DNA of 64,000 nucleotides from an uncultured Methanosarcinaceae archaeon (GCA_963833425.1 CAWHXP010000006.1:1-64000), one strand, 5' to 3'; shown: positions 45,797 through 57,764, counted from the stretch's first letter. The notes: generated by a model from the sequence alone, not told the origin. Program-made: numbers and translations.

Positions 45797-46023
45797 TCCA
45801 AACTCCGTATGAATAATAAATATGTTTGGCCATTATTTTTAATACCAACTTTCATAATTAAGGAGATCTTTTTTCTGGGATTTTGATTTTTGCAGTCTTT
45901 GGATGAAGTAAATGATGACGAATTTTTGCGATCCCAGAAAATACTAAAAAATTTCCAATTTAGATGTCGGAGTACTTGTATTCTTTTCCCCTCCTTAAAT
46001 ATTTTGTTGCTGAGCATTTTCAT
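45790..46023 (-). CDS. Possible small hypothetical protein overlapping the nadX start
   Basis: 77-aa ORF whose stop overlaps the nadX start. No recognisable motif. Confidence 0.25.
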   Translation of the reverse strand: MKMLSNKIFKEGKRIQVLRHLNWKFFSIFWDRKNSSSFTSSKDCKNQNPRKKISLIMKVGIKNNGQTYLLFIRSLEC

Positions 46024-46055
46024 CCATTCATTACTTCTGGAGTGTAGAGGATCCA

Positions 46056-46628
46056 GAATCCCTGCCCTTTAGATTGGAAATTAGTAAACCTTCAACTCTT
46101 TTTATTTTAGTCCAAACCTCTAAATCACGTCTCTTTATAAAGTGATTTTGTTTTTGGTACAATTGTCAGAGTGTAATATGCATTGAAATTTAATAGCTTT
46201 AGCCATGATTATGACCAGGTAATCTATACATGGTATTGACGCCTAAGTATCAATAACAATATATACTGCAACAATAAAATTAAAAGTGATTTATAGCGTC
46301 TACCTTTGCCACCATTTGCACGTAGCAGGGCTACAAGGTTCAAGGTATGGAAGTTTGTAGATGATAATGTTCACTGACTCCTGGAACTCCATCCAAGAAA
46401 CTCTTTACCAGAGATAGTTCATACTTGAAGGAGGTAGTTATCACATACTTTTTAAATATTATCCTAATTGGAATAACTATATTTTGATGGGGTCCTATAA
46501 TCAAATAGTACGCCTTATCCACCCTTTTGAGATGTGACCTCTGACAAAATAATAACATCATATTATGGAATCTCATCGAGAGCTGAAAGTAGAGCTATAA
46601 GTCATCTTGATTAAAGGGAAGTGGTCAA
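46056..46628 (+). mobile_element. tnpA: IS200-type element with tnpA (Y1 transposase) pseudogene
   Basis: From 46183: FSHDYDQV.Y.MVLTPKY, GYKVQGMEV.DDNVH.LLELHP.NSL, LKGGS. End-like GAATCCCTGCCCTTTAG at 46056 and GGGAAGTGGTCA at ~46620. Confidence 0.75.
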
Positions 46629-46833
46629 AAAAGAAATAAGGATTTATGAGTCTATGTAAACCTAGATAGGGGCTTTAAGAATATTCTTTTCTTTAGATTT
46701 AGGTGACTGCACGCAGTTTGACCCATAAAGTTTCCCCAGCTCTTTGTTTAACTCATGTTAACATTAAAAGTATGTAGAAAAACATCCATATACTTTATGA
46801 ATTTGAGTAGCATAAAGTAGCTGGGTAACGTCC

Positions 46834-47658
46834 ATGTTTATCAAAGATGTTGAAAACTTTATCGAAGAAGATATGGGGTACGATGACGTCTCGTGTACTA
46901 TTGTGCCGAACATATCTGCGATAGCTATTATTTCTACAAAAGAGGATTGTATTGTTGCCGGGATTAAAGAAGCTGAGTCAATTTTCTGCTATTTTGGAAT
47001 TCAGTCTGAAACAACCCTTCAGGATGGAGATAGTCTCAAAAAGGGAGATATAATTTTCAAGCTAAATGGAAGGGCAGTGTCCATTCTTAGGGCAGAGAGG
47101 CTTACATTGAATTTCCTTAGCCATCTTAGTGGGATCGCAACTCTTACCCGGGCTTGCGTGGATATAGTAAGGAAGCATTCAGACACTACAAGGGTGGCAT
47201 GTACTAGAAAAACCACACCAGGCTTAAGAAAATTCGAAAAAATGGCTGTAGTTGCGGGTGGGGGTGATCCTCATAGGTTTAACCTTTCAGACTTAGTCAT
47301 GATTAAAGACAACCACTTAAAACTAATGGGACTTGAAGCTGCAATTAAAGCGTCCAGAAAAACCAGCTTCACTCGTAAAATAGAAGTCGAGGTGGAGTCT
47401 TCAGAAGATGCTTTGCTTGCCGCTAAACTCAGAGCTGATATCATCATGTTGGATAACATGCAACCTGAAAAAATTCTAGAAACTCTCGAGCTACTTAAGG
47501 AAAAAGGTCTTAGAGATTCAGTAATTATTGAAGCATCTGGAAAGATTTCTCAGGCAAACCTTGAAATTTATGCCAAAACAGGGGTAGATGTTATATCTAT
47601 GGGTTCTCTTGTCCATAAATCAAGATGGATAGATATTAATCTGGAAATGCTAGATTAG
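46834..47658 (+). CDS. nadC: Nicotinate-nucleotide pyrophosphorylase (quinolinate phosphoribosyltransferase)
   Basis: ER..LNFL..LSGIAT.T, TRKTTPG, HRFNLSD..MIKDNH, IEVEV, IMLDNM. Confidence 0.96.
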   Translation: MFIKDVENFIEEDMGYDDVSCTIVPNISAIAIISTKEDCIVAGIKEAESIFCYFGIQSETTLQDGDSLKKGDIIFKLNGRAVSILRAERLTLNFLSHLSGIATLTRACVDIVRKHSDTTRVACTRKTTPGLRKFEKMAVVAGGGDPHRFNLSDLVMIKDNHLKLMGLEAAIKASRKTSFTRKIEVEVESSEDALLAAKLRADIIMLDNMQPEKILETLELLKEKGLRDSVIIEASGKISQANLEIYAKTGVDVISMGSLVHKSRWIDINLEMLD

Positions 47659-48059
47659 GAATCATTATTAGAAAACATTAGCCAAGAAAATCCCAAGTTT
47701 ATTTTGCTTAAGAGCATTTCAACAAGACTCTTGTTTTCCAGAGTCACTTATATACTGGTAATAAACATATGACGAAATTAGAGAGTTGATTAGATTCTCT
47801 TCAAAAATTTGCTTTCGATTGATTAAGCAAGATTTTCTGTAGTCTCACATGTTTATTTTTATTATATTCTAAATTTTCCTAAACATTTAAGAGAAAAAAC
47901 ATCATCTACAACCTTATTTTCATTTTTGTAATCTCTTCCACAAAATTTAACATCTTAGAATTCGCGAATAAAAATTATGCATAATCTCCACAAAACTATT
48001 TCGTAATCTTTTCTGAATATATTTTAATTTAGATATTTCTTAAATTCATTTCTTGTAGC

Positions 48060-48780
48060 ATTTTCTGTTACCATGCCGTTTTTTTCTCGGGTTATGTGGG
48101 GCAGCAATAACTCATAGATTAAAGAACTTAAGCTTTCTAATTAAGGATTTTCATACCAATTTTGTTTGATACATAATATTATTTGCATCTGTTTGTTAGA
48201 ACTGGCATAAATACCTACACTGTTTACAATTATCGTTTGCTATTAGTTCGAAATTAATTAAGATTTCTATCTTAAAATCTCAAATATGCTATTTCTTCTG
48301 TGCCCCTACAAGACGTTACTGGAATTTTATGAAAAAGTTGTAATTTTCTGGATTTGGCATATAAATATTGAGTTTTTGGTTCTGTATAGCCTCTTCTATG
48401 TGGTCTTCGGAGGATATTATATTTTTTATGAAGTATAAAAACTCAAATCTATAGAGCACGTTCAGGTTTATTGTAGTAAGCTTTTTACATTGACCAATCA
48501 GGTACTATTGCGCTCTGAGCATCCAAATTTTTGTAAAAATAACCGTTCATTTTCAATACCTTAGTTTTTCCTAATGTCAGACTTAATTGATTAAAGTTTC
48601 AATATTTCAATCCTAAAAAGACATCAACCCACTTAGTATCTAGGCCTTTCTATCCAGCTTACTGTCACCATTTCAAATGTGCAATAGCTAAAATAAACCG
48701 GAATCGGCCACTTATAAGCTCAAGGTAAGGTTTTCATAGATGGATTGGAGAAGCTAGCTACCATAAAATCGACCCTAACG
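48060..48780 (-). pseudogene. Possible highly eroded tnpB remnant
   Basis: Scattered FFHKI, IFE(D)FKIE(N)L and IENER fragments that require several indels. Confidence 0.3.
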
Positions 48781-50223
48781 TCGCTAAATTAATTGGATTT
48801 TACAAAAAACAGGGTGTATTTAGTTAGATTAATGGTTTAGACTGAATATTTGGTAAATGGTTGAGTGATCTGAGAGGGATCTTAATAGTGATTATGATTG
48901 TGATAAAGAACAGGTAGGTTTCTGTCGAATGTTTGGGAGTAGCTGTTTATTTGATAATTTCCCGCTAATTACGACCTTTTTCCACGAATTATTTGATTTA
49001 TTTCGGAATTATTTGGCACTATTATTCCGTTTCTTGATTTAATTTTGGTATTTATTAGTCATTTATGCTTATATTAACAATTATTCGAGAATTAATTTTG
49101 AAGAAAACAAGTAAATTTGTACTGATCTAAAAAATAAAAACGCCCAAGTAAATGAAAAAAAATTAAAAAAGCATAGTAAAACTTAATAAATATTTTTGAT
49201 ATCAACTTTTGATTTTTGCAGTGTATCTAAAATTTCGTAATTTCCTATTAACCCATACCCTTTTCGTTACCACAAAAAATAAGATTTACTTTGTTTACTG
49301 ATACATATATTTTATAGAAAAAAACCTATGCGTGTACAAAAAATAAAAAGGTTTTTTAATCCATGATTTAAAGAGAAATAATCGTTTTTGTGTCAAAATA
49401 TCAGCATTTTCTCAGCTTAATCCAAATGAACATTTTTAGCAATTTCATTGGAGTTATCAAGTACTAATTTATCTCCAAATCTCAAACCAACTTCATTCAT
49501 TTATTCAAATATTCTCTTCAAGAGTGTGGTATTCGTTGAAAAACAATGGTGAATCCGTGCCTTGAATTCACTATCAATAATCGAACCCATTCAGTAGTAC
49601 CCAATAACTTCATAAAATATATCTTGACGATACATTATTATTTTATCAAATTAGTTGTAAGGTTTCATGTTAATGAATTCATTTTTAATTTTTTTGATTT
49701 ATAGTCAAGTATGTGCATTATTTATAGTATATTTAACTCAGATAATATATGAAATGCGTGTAAAAAATAAGATATGTGATTTAACTGAAACTTCAATTTT
49801 ATTTGCATGTTCCTTATTAGTAAAATTGTAAGCTTGTTTTTCGATTAAATAATAGATATTATAGGAACTTTTTAGAATTTGCCTATGGCTTCAAATACTT
49901 TTTTGCATTTATTTGGATGTAATCGATAGAAACTTGTATATTCATATAAGCTGTGAAATATCCTAGTTTTCAAACAATCGACAGAAAAAAAAAAAATGCT
50001 AAAATATTATTTACTTCTCATAGCACTACCTATCAAAATCCTATAAAAATGTGATTTCTTAAAAAGCAGTGAATTTCTAACTAATATAACATTAGTTATG
50101 GGAACGGCTCAATCAATGGCAGACTGGAAAATCTCGATTATTCTAATTTTTACTTCCGGCCCTAAGTAAGTTTTTTTGCAAATATTTGTAAGTACTATTC
50201 AGAGGTTTACGAAGTATACACAG

Positions 50224-51360
50224 TTATTTCATGCACTTATTTAGAAATGCAAATACTTTCTCCATATTTTCAGCAGTTCCGAATGGAAATCCACTGTAGC
50301 GTGTTCCGTTAAGTAAAGTAACTGGTACGCCCCCGTGGCCTGCTCCGTCAAGTAATGAAAGGGTTACTTTATCCTGTCCGATTTTTTTTATGATGCAGCA
50401 GCAAGGTCAATAGATTGCTGTGTTGGAATTATTGAATCCAGTATGCTGTGCTGAATCAAAATGGGGGACACTCTGTAGTGATATAAGTTGTAGGGTCTGC
50501 CTGTTTACACAGGTTAGACACCTCTGAGAGATTTTGCCCTAAATATTTTGATGGAAAAGAATATTTAGTATTGTAAATTTGAACCCCCTGTACTTTTTCT
50601 CTAATTCCACTTTCTTTGAATTGTTTATCCATAACACAGAAATTTGTAGGCCCATACCAATCGACTACTGCTGTGACATTATCGGAAACTTTTGAGTTGC
50701 TGAGAGAGGTATCATAGCAATTGTTTGTGCCACCAGTTGTGGCCTGTAAGGACAGCAAGATTCCCACCTACGGAACTGCCCCATAGGGCAATCTTATCAG
50801 GATTTAAATTATATTGAAAGGCATTAACTTTACTAAAACGAATAGCTACTTTTGCATCGTTTATTGCCGTTGGGAATTTAGCTTCGCTACTCAAACGATA
50901 ATCAACAGTCACCACTGTATAACCTTGATTTAAGCCGTGAAGCATATGAGCTGTATATTCTTTACTCTTAGTGCCCTCAAAAAATCCCTCTCCATGAAAT
51001 GCTATAATCACAGGAAAAGGACCTTTCCCTTCATTTGGCAGATATATATCAAGTTTTTGTGTCTCTGATTTAGTAGCATAAGCGATATCAGTGAATTTAT
51101 TTTTAATGCTTGGTGGTCGTGATGTTTGGTCTCCGCATTCACATGTTTGTTTGCTAACGTTCAAGTTGCTTTATTGTCCCATTTACGAAACCACGATCTG
51201 CATTTTCATTATAGTTTTTGTTGAAAGCCTCCTTATTAAAGCTCTCTTTTCCATCCCAGTAATTAGCTGTACTTACTGTAATCGTTACGGATGCTATAAC
51301 AAAGACTGCAAATAAAATACTCAGTGTAATTTTTATTCTGCCAAAGATTTGTTTTCCCAT
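50224..51360 (-). pseudogene. Secreted alpha/beta hydrolase (esterase/lipase), frameshifted
   Basis: Signal peptide, LDIYLP, HGEGF (canonical HGGG), VDYRLS, WGSSVGG (GxSxG), DWYGP, GAGHG. At least three frameshifts. Confidence 0.88.
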
Positions 51361-51915
51361 TCAAAGACCCACCACAAAAGTGCAAGAATTTAAATATTCG
51401 TAAAAATGGCTAAATTTTTAGCGAGTACAATTTTACGACTGTTGAAATTTTAATTCGCTTATCAGTGGTAAATGAACTACAAAAATGCGATAATCAAATT
51501 TGGAAATCTAGATAGAGTTCTTAAAGATAATTACAATTATAAACTCGGAAACTAGGAGATATATTCAAATAATTGTTATTTGATGTAGATATTATTCAAT
51601 TTAATATCAAATTATATAATCTATAGGGAAGTGTGTGTACTTATCTGTATTTAGTACCTATAAACAAAACAGCAGTGCACTGAACAGTTCTGCAAATTCT
51701 AAATGACTCTGTATCCTTTTTTCCACTACACAGATATGATGTAAATTATAATTACACTAACAGAAATTATTTGTTTATTGTTTTTATTGATGCATAGTTT
51801 TTGTAAGAAAAACGATGTATTTTCTCATTTTTCGGTCGAAATATATATTGCGACGGAAAGCAAAAATCTTGCTACATTTATCCAGCGAAGGATAAAAATA
51901 ATGAAAATTATGTAA

Positions 51916-52269
51916 CTATTTAACCTGCAAATCATATCTATTTAATCTATTTAGAGTAACACCTTTACTTTTCAAAGCTTCTGAATTCCGGGGGTTAATT
52001 TCAATTGCTTTATCAAATGCTCTTACTGCTTCATTTAATTTATTTAATTTATATAGAGCGAGTCCTTTACTGTACCAAGTTAGTGAATTCTGCGAGTTAA
52101 TTTCAATTGCTTTGTCAAATGCCGTTATTGCTTCTTCATGCTTGTTTAAAATAATTAGAGCAAGTCCTTTACCATACCAAGCTAAGGAATCATGCTGTTT
52201 GGTTTCAATCGAGTTGTGAAACGCTTGTTTTTGCATTAAATACCCATCACAAGTTAGTTTTTGAAACAT
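51916..52269 (-). pseudogene. Short TPR-repeat protein fragment
   Basis: AWYGKGLAL..LNKHEEAITAFDKAIEIN repeats. 5' end disrupted relative to the paralog at 56512. Confidence 0.75.
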
Positions 52270-52402
52270 ATTGTGTTGTAAATTCTCTTCTTTTTTACTT
52301 GCTGATGATGAACATATCTATATGTATTTATTTTTGTCGCGAGTTTGACGAATTCATGGAAGGAATAAAATCCATCGAAAATTTTCGGCTTAAAACGGCA
52401 AC

Positions 52403-52607
52403 ATTACCACCCAATCAAGCTCATTAAAAAAATTGGATGAAAGGGTGGAAGAGTTGTCTCTACTGTTCGCCCAAATGCAATCACTTCGAATATATACCAG
52501 CACAAGTATGTTTTAATTCGAAATAAGACAAACACCTTCCAAGCAGTCCCACTTTATCGTTTATTGATCTCTGTTTATGGTCTATTCGGTCTACTCTACG
52601 ATATACA
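52403..52607 (-). ncRNA. Candidate structured RNA or cis element, copy 1
   Basis: 9 mismatches and no gaps over 205 bp versus 56221-56425 by manual alignment. Stems preserved. Confidence 0.35.
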
Positions 52608-53075
52608 ATCATCCTCGTAGTTATTTTAAATTAATTACGCAAAAAATAGTTTCTGAACGAAAAATAATCCAATATAAAAATTTTCACAATCAAATAACAA
52701 TTAAATATTAATAATGATTTTTTATTATTTCCTAAATCTTCAGGATTTAACATTAACTTTTTCCTAAAACAGCAAAGAATATTGGATCCTAGATTAAATA
52801 TTAAATTTGAAAATTTCAGAATATAATTAGAACATCATTAATATAAAATGATTTTTGGATTTTAAAATATACTATTTGGGAGTAAATTTTATCCAGTAAC
52901 TATTTTTGGCATAATTTATTTAAATGACTAACAAGCTCAGTGAGTATCATAGTTCATTAAAATTTGTTGGTGTAAGAATGATAGATATCAACCAACTAAT
53001 TTTTGGTAACTTGAATTGATTTAGCCTCAAAATGTAAATTTAAACAATACTATCGATGAAGGGAGATATCAAAAC

Positions 53076-53310
53076 ATGTGTGAAGAACATTCCATAGTAG
53101 GCAAGGGTCCAATAATGCAGACTGCGATAACTGATGTAGGAACTTCTGACTGAAGAACAGAAAAAGAAAGTTTCAGTAATGAGAATGGATATGATAATAC
53201 AATGGATGGAAGTAAATATCCATGATATGGAAAAGATCATCGAAATAAAAAAAAGAATATATAGATGATATTCAAAAGGGTAAGGAAATGATTCGACAAG
53301 GCAAATACGT
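53076..53310 (+). pseudogene. Small Met-rich coiled-coil protein pseudogene, copy 1
   Basis: GGGAG RBS, MCEEHSIVGKGPIM / M*ELLTEEQKKKVSVMRMDMIIQWMEVNIHDMEK. One TAG and two frameshifts. Confidence 0.6.
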
Positions 53311-54170
53311 TCATTAAAGAATGATATCATAATTTAGGCTATAAAGAAATTATCTAAAATAACAAATTTCCATAATTAATCAATAGCCTTCAAATATTAC
53401 ATTTTTCTATTTTTGGGGAAATATTGCATATTAGTTAAAGATATCTATTAAAAGACTAACTAATTTGATGCACAAGTTCGTCTTCCAAAAGTTAAAATTG
53501 AGACGTTGATGGCCCTTTGGCAAAACAAATTCAAAATTTATTCGCCTTTTTTGTGATTATAGCAACCTTGGCAGCATCGGCAGCAGTGACAGCAGCAGTA
53601 ATTTGCAAGATGAAAGAATACTATGCTAGTCGTAAAAATAAAGACAAGAACAAAATGATATAGATTTTCCATACCTTCCTATACTTTTAATTTTGAAGTT
53701 TGAGCACTTGGAATCAAAAATCAAGTGCAATAGAGATTTCTATTTTAAGTCAGTGGTATACTATTTTAAGATTTCATATAATTTCAGGTATAAAGATCCA
53801 TATCATTAGTTCGATCGCATGAGTCCGATTCAATGATAATTGCTAAATGCATAAATTTTGTTATAAACTCTCTGATTTATGAGAGCTGAATCTATTCATA
53901 ATTGTATGATTATAACGAGAATTCATTCAGGTTCTTCAAAACGGGCAGGATATTCTTCTTCCAATAGAATGAGAAGCTCTTCACCTAATTTTGTTTAGGA
54001 GTCAATATTTACCATTGTTTAGAATTATAATATATATTCGGTTAGAATACCTTAATATAGTATATTAATTTATTATAGTCTGTATAGATTAATATAACCA
54101 TATATATTTAAGATCAGAATTTTATAGTTTTATAATATCGATTTAAATTGGGGTCTAAAAGTCCGAATTT

Positions 54171-55190
54171 ATGAAAAAATGTATAAAATTATCAATTCTA
54201 AAATTTAGTTATAGGAGTGAAAAATTAATGGTTGAAAATTTTTATGTTGATAGAAAACAAAAATCAAGTGATAAAAATATGGTATTTGAAGAATTTAATA
54301 AATTATTTGAAAATTTCATTGGAAAAAGTAGTAATGTTCAGGATTTAGAGCATTTTGAAATCTCTGGAACTGAAAAAATTGCCTTTGGCAACGTAGTTAC
54401 AACAGAAAGTGGTGAATACACCGAAAAGCTACAAGAACAATATAAGAAGCATAATCAACTTTACCAGAAAGTGATAACCGTCTCTCAACTGAAAGGACCA
54501 GGAAAAGAAGAATTTATAGAAAAAGCTCTTGACTTTGCTTGCAATATTCAATATGGAGATTTAAGGGCCCAGGTACTTTCCATGCTTGTTCCGATTCTAG
54601 ATGGGCCAAAAAAAGTAGAATTTATAGAAAAGGTCCTTTATTTTTCGTCTAATATTCAAGATGAAAAAGAAAGATTCCTTGTTCTTTCTTCACTTGTCCG
54701 TCATTTTAGTGAGTATGACAAAGAAGAATTCATTGAACATATTTTGGACTTCTCTTCTCAAATTCAATATGATGATGCAAAGTTTCAGATTCTCTCTTCG
54801 TTTGTTCCGCATCTTCACGGATCAAAGAATGAAGCAATTATGGATAAAGCCCTTGAGCTAGTATCCGGGCTTATGTCTGAATATCAAAAAATAGAGTCTT
54901 TTTCTCTCCTTCTTCCATATATGGATGAGCAAAGAAAAAAAGAAATTTCAGAACAGGCTCTTGAATTAGCTTTCAATCTTAAAGATAAAGGCATGAAGGT
55001 ACAGGCTCTCTCAGGTATTATTCCTTATCTGGATAAATCCAAACAAAATGAAATTAGTGCGAAAGTTATTTATCTTAAATGCATGGGTCGATCTAAATAT
55101 CTTCAAAGGGGAGCCGCTGCTCTTCTGCGAAGATTAGAGACTCTTTCTTCTCTGGCTCCATATTTGGATGTCTCTTGCACTGTATCCTGA
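54171..55190 (+). CDS. Helical-repeat hypothetical protein
   Basis: 339 aa with ~6 repeats of KEEFIEKAL.F...IQ....R.QVLS.LVP.LD. The true start may be a later ATG. Confidence 0.8.
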   Translation: MKKCIKLSILKFSYRSEKLMVENFYVDRKQKSSDKNMVFEEFNKLFENFIGKSSNVQDLEHFEISGTEKIAFGNVVTTESGEYTEKLQEQYKKHNQLYQKVITVSQLKGPGKEEFIEKALDFACNIQYGDLRAQVLSMLVPILDGPKKVEFIEKVLYFSSNIQDEKERFLVLSSLVRHFSEYDKEEFIEHILDFSSQIQYDDAKFQILSSFVPHLHGSKNEAIMDKALELVSGLMSEYQKIESFSLLLPYMDEQRKKEISEQALELAFNLKDKGMKVQALSGIIPYLDKSKQNEISAKVIYLKCMGRSKYLQRGAAALLRRLETLSSLAPYLDVSCTVS

Positions 55191-55657
55191 TAAACCAGGA
55201 AAAGAAACATTAAAGGCTTAGTTTACTGACTACACAGTTCTCCATCGAATAATTGATTTTGATGATAAAGTAAGCAGATTGAAAGATTCAAAATAATTTT
55301 CTGTCAGAAAAATTTGATTCGGAAGCGTACAAAAAATTTTGTAAAATATAATCGGAGAAGAATCAATGGTTATAACAACGCTTCTTTCTTTTTTATTTTC
55401 ACTGATATATAGTTTTTGTATCAAAATCTATATTTTTTCTCATTTTTAAGCCGAAATAGTACACATTTACCTGATTGTGCAGGGAAGCATTATTTTTTTA
55501 TTAAAATATATTTTATGTTAAAAAGCCAAAAAATTGCTATATTTATCCGAAAAAAATTAGCCTTTGTAGGCCTACATGAATGATTACAGGAATTTGCTAT
55601 TTGAGATAATTTGTACAGGACCAAATTTTATTTCACATTCTGTGTAATTTATTTTTG

Positions 55658-55880
55658 TTATTCGAGCATTTCATAAACTTTTTTAATATCAGCTATATAT
55701 TCTTTTTTTTATTTCGATCATCTTTTCCATATCATGGATATTTACTTCCATCCATTGTATTATCATATCCATTCTCATTACTGAAACTTTCTTTTTCTGT
55801 TCTTCAGTCAGAAGTTCCTACATCATTTATCGCAGTTTCCATTATTGGACCCTTGCCTACTATTGGATGTTCTTGCACAT
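55658..55880 (-). pseudogene. Small Met-rich coiled-coil protein pseudogene, copy 2
   Basis: GGAGGAG RBS. Same TAG and A-run frameshift as copy 1, plus a further 5' frameshift. Ancestral-looking tail EYIADIKKVYEMLE*. Confidence 0.6.
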
Positions 55881-56220
55881 GTTTAAATATCTCCTCCGTT
55901 GATAATATTTTTTGAATTTACACTTTATGAGTAGCCAAAATATTAGTATATTTCAATCTCCGATTTCAATAAATTGTTTATAAAGGCTATATAAGCAATT
56001 TGTCGCAACCAGATGTTTATTACTCCCCAATATTATTTTTAACTAATTATACAATAATTGTTTCTAAATAAAATTTACGTTCCAATAAAATATTTTAAAA
56101 CAAAAAAAATTATAATTAATATTTAATTAATTTTTTGATTATGAAAATTTTTATATTAGATTATTTTTCTTTTATAAATTATTTTTTGTATAAATTATTT
56201 AAAATAATTGCTGGGATAAA

Positions 56221-56425
56221 TGTATATTGTAGAGTAAACCGAATAGACCATAAACAGAGATCGATAACCGATAAAGTGGAATTGCTTGGAAGGTGTTTGT
56301 CTTATTTCGAATTAAAACATACTTGTGCTGGTATATATTCGAAGTGACTGCATTTGGGCGAACATTAGAGACAACTCTTCCACCCTTTCATCCAATTTTT
56401 TTAATGAGCTTGATTGGGTGATAAT
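56221..56425 (+). ncRNA. Candidate structured RNA or cis element, copy 2
   Basis: Stems 56303-12/56337-46 (10 bp, 2 G-U), 56287-302/56369-82 (bulged) and 56388-96/56413-21 (9 bp, 1 G-U). Lies ~90 nt before the TPR ATG. Confidence 0.35.
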
Positions 56426-56511
56426 CTTAGAGCTTTAAGCTAAACCCCCCTATACCCCCCTATGGATCTTAAAAAAATGGAATGAAAAAATAAATATGGA
56501 GTACGTATCTA

Positions 56512-56811
56512 ATGGTAAAACAAGCATACGACAAAAAAATTAAAATTAACCCGCATGATGCAAAAGCTTGGATAGGAAAAGGACTTTCTCTAATTATTTT
56601 AAACAAGCATGAAGAAGCAATAACGGCATTTGACAAATCTATTGAAATTAACCCGCAGAATTTAATAGCTTGGTATGGTAAAGGATTTGCTCTCAATAAT
56701 TTAAACAAGCATGAAGAAGCAATAACGGCATTTAACAAAGCAATTGAAATTGACCCGCAGAATTCAATAGCTTTGTACGGTAAAGGACTTGCTCTAAACG
56801 AATTAAATTAA
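56512..56811 (+). CDS. Short TPR-repeat protein (possibly truncated)
   Basis: 99 aa with two near-identical TPR units (LNKHEEAITAF.K.IEI.PQN). GGAG RBS. Confidence 0.7.
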   Translation: MVKQAYDKKIKINPHDAKAWIGKGLSLIILNKHEEAITAFDKSIEINPQNLIAWYGKGFALNNLNKHEEAITAFNKAIEIDPQNSIALYGKGLALNELN

Positions 56812-57034
56812 TCCTATCCAGAAATCATATTACTTTTAAATATGAGACAAAAGATTTGAGAAAGAATCATGAAAGTTTTTTTGTTATTTATTCCTATGCA
56901 CAGTTTTTTGTGCCAAAATCTATGCATTAATAAAAGTGATAAAAGTCTATTTTTTGTGGCAAAGTAAGTTGTATAGAGTCAATCAAAAATTATGGAACTT
57001 TAGGTTCGCCGCCAAAATAGTTACTGTTCTTTAA

Positions 57035-57760
57035 TAATGTCAAAGACCGCCACAGCAACTGCAATTGCCAGTTAGAAGTTGTTACTTGCCGCTGTAAAAG
57101 CAAGAGATGGCGCCTGTGCATAGTTAATACCCATTTTTTTAGAAACCAAAAATGAGATACTAAACATAATTACAAAATAGATTAATAGTGGAATCGCAAT
57201 CCTCACGACATCAAAAGATAAAGTAACAATATATTCACCTTTTAAAGAAAACATTACAATAATCGTAAATAGTAGAGCATAAAGTGAAGTAGGACCTACT
57301 TTAGGAATGAATTTGCCATCGTACCATTTGGCTCCTTTTGAAGGACATAGGAAATAACGGATTAAAAATCCAGCTGTAAAAAGAATCCAAAGGTATATTG
57401 CAACACTTTGAGCTACCTCTTTCATAGAAACATTTACTACCATGCCACCAAGTCCCAACCGTTCAGGTAGCACAGTTATAAAAATATAGGCAAAAACGGA
57501 GTAAAAGACTAGCTGGAAGATAGAATTGAAAGCAACTAAGGCTGCAGCATACTCATTGTCCCCTTCTGCTAGAGTATTCCAAACAATCACCATGGCAATG
57601 CACCTAGCTAGGCCAATTAAGATGACACCTGCCATGTATTCCGGATATGTTCTCAGAAATATAATCGCCAGGATGAACATTAAAATTGGACCAATTACCC
57701 AATTTTCCAATAAGGATAACTCCAATACCATATGAAGCTTTATACAGAAAACTGGAAGGA
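57035..57760 (-). pseudogene. acr3: ACR3-family arsenite efflux transporter, truncated
   Basis: [32 protein letters not shown] (conserved Glu codon now TAA). N- and C-termini missing. Confidence 0.88.
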
Positions 57761-57764
57761 AAAA

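Larger units (their letters stand above)
51990..53310 (-). repeat. Left arm of an inverted duplication (partner 55655-56810)
   Basis: TPR gene, 205-bp block (52403-52607), AT-rich spacer and small-ORF block (53094-53272) all recur in reverse complement in the same order. Confidence 0.92.
55655..56810 (+). repeat. Right arm of the inverted duplication
   Basis: Reverse complement of 51990-53310 with patchy identity. Confidence 0.92.

Noticed and set aside
1044..56810. The integrase as the invertase for the 52-57 kb inverted repeat
   Set aside because: It is 50 kb away, I saw no copy of its upstream dyad in the arms, and the arms are long enough for homologous recombination.
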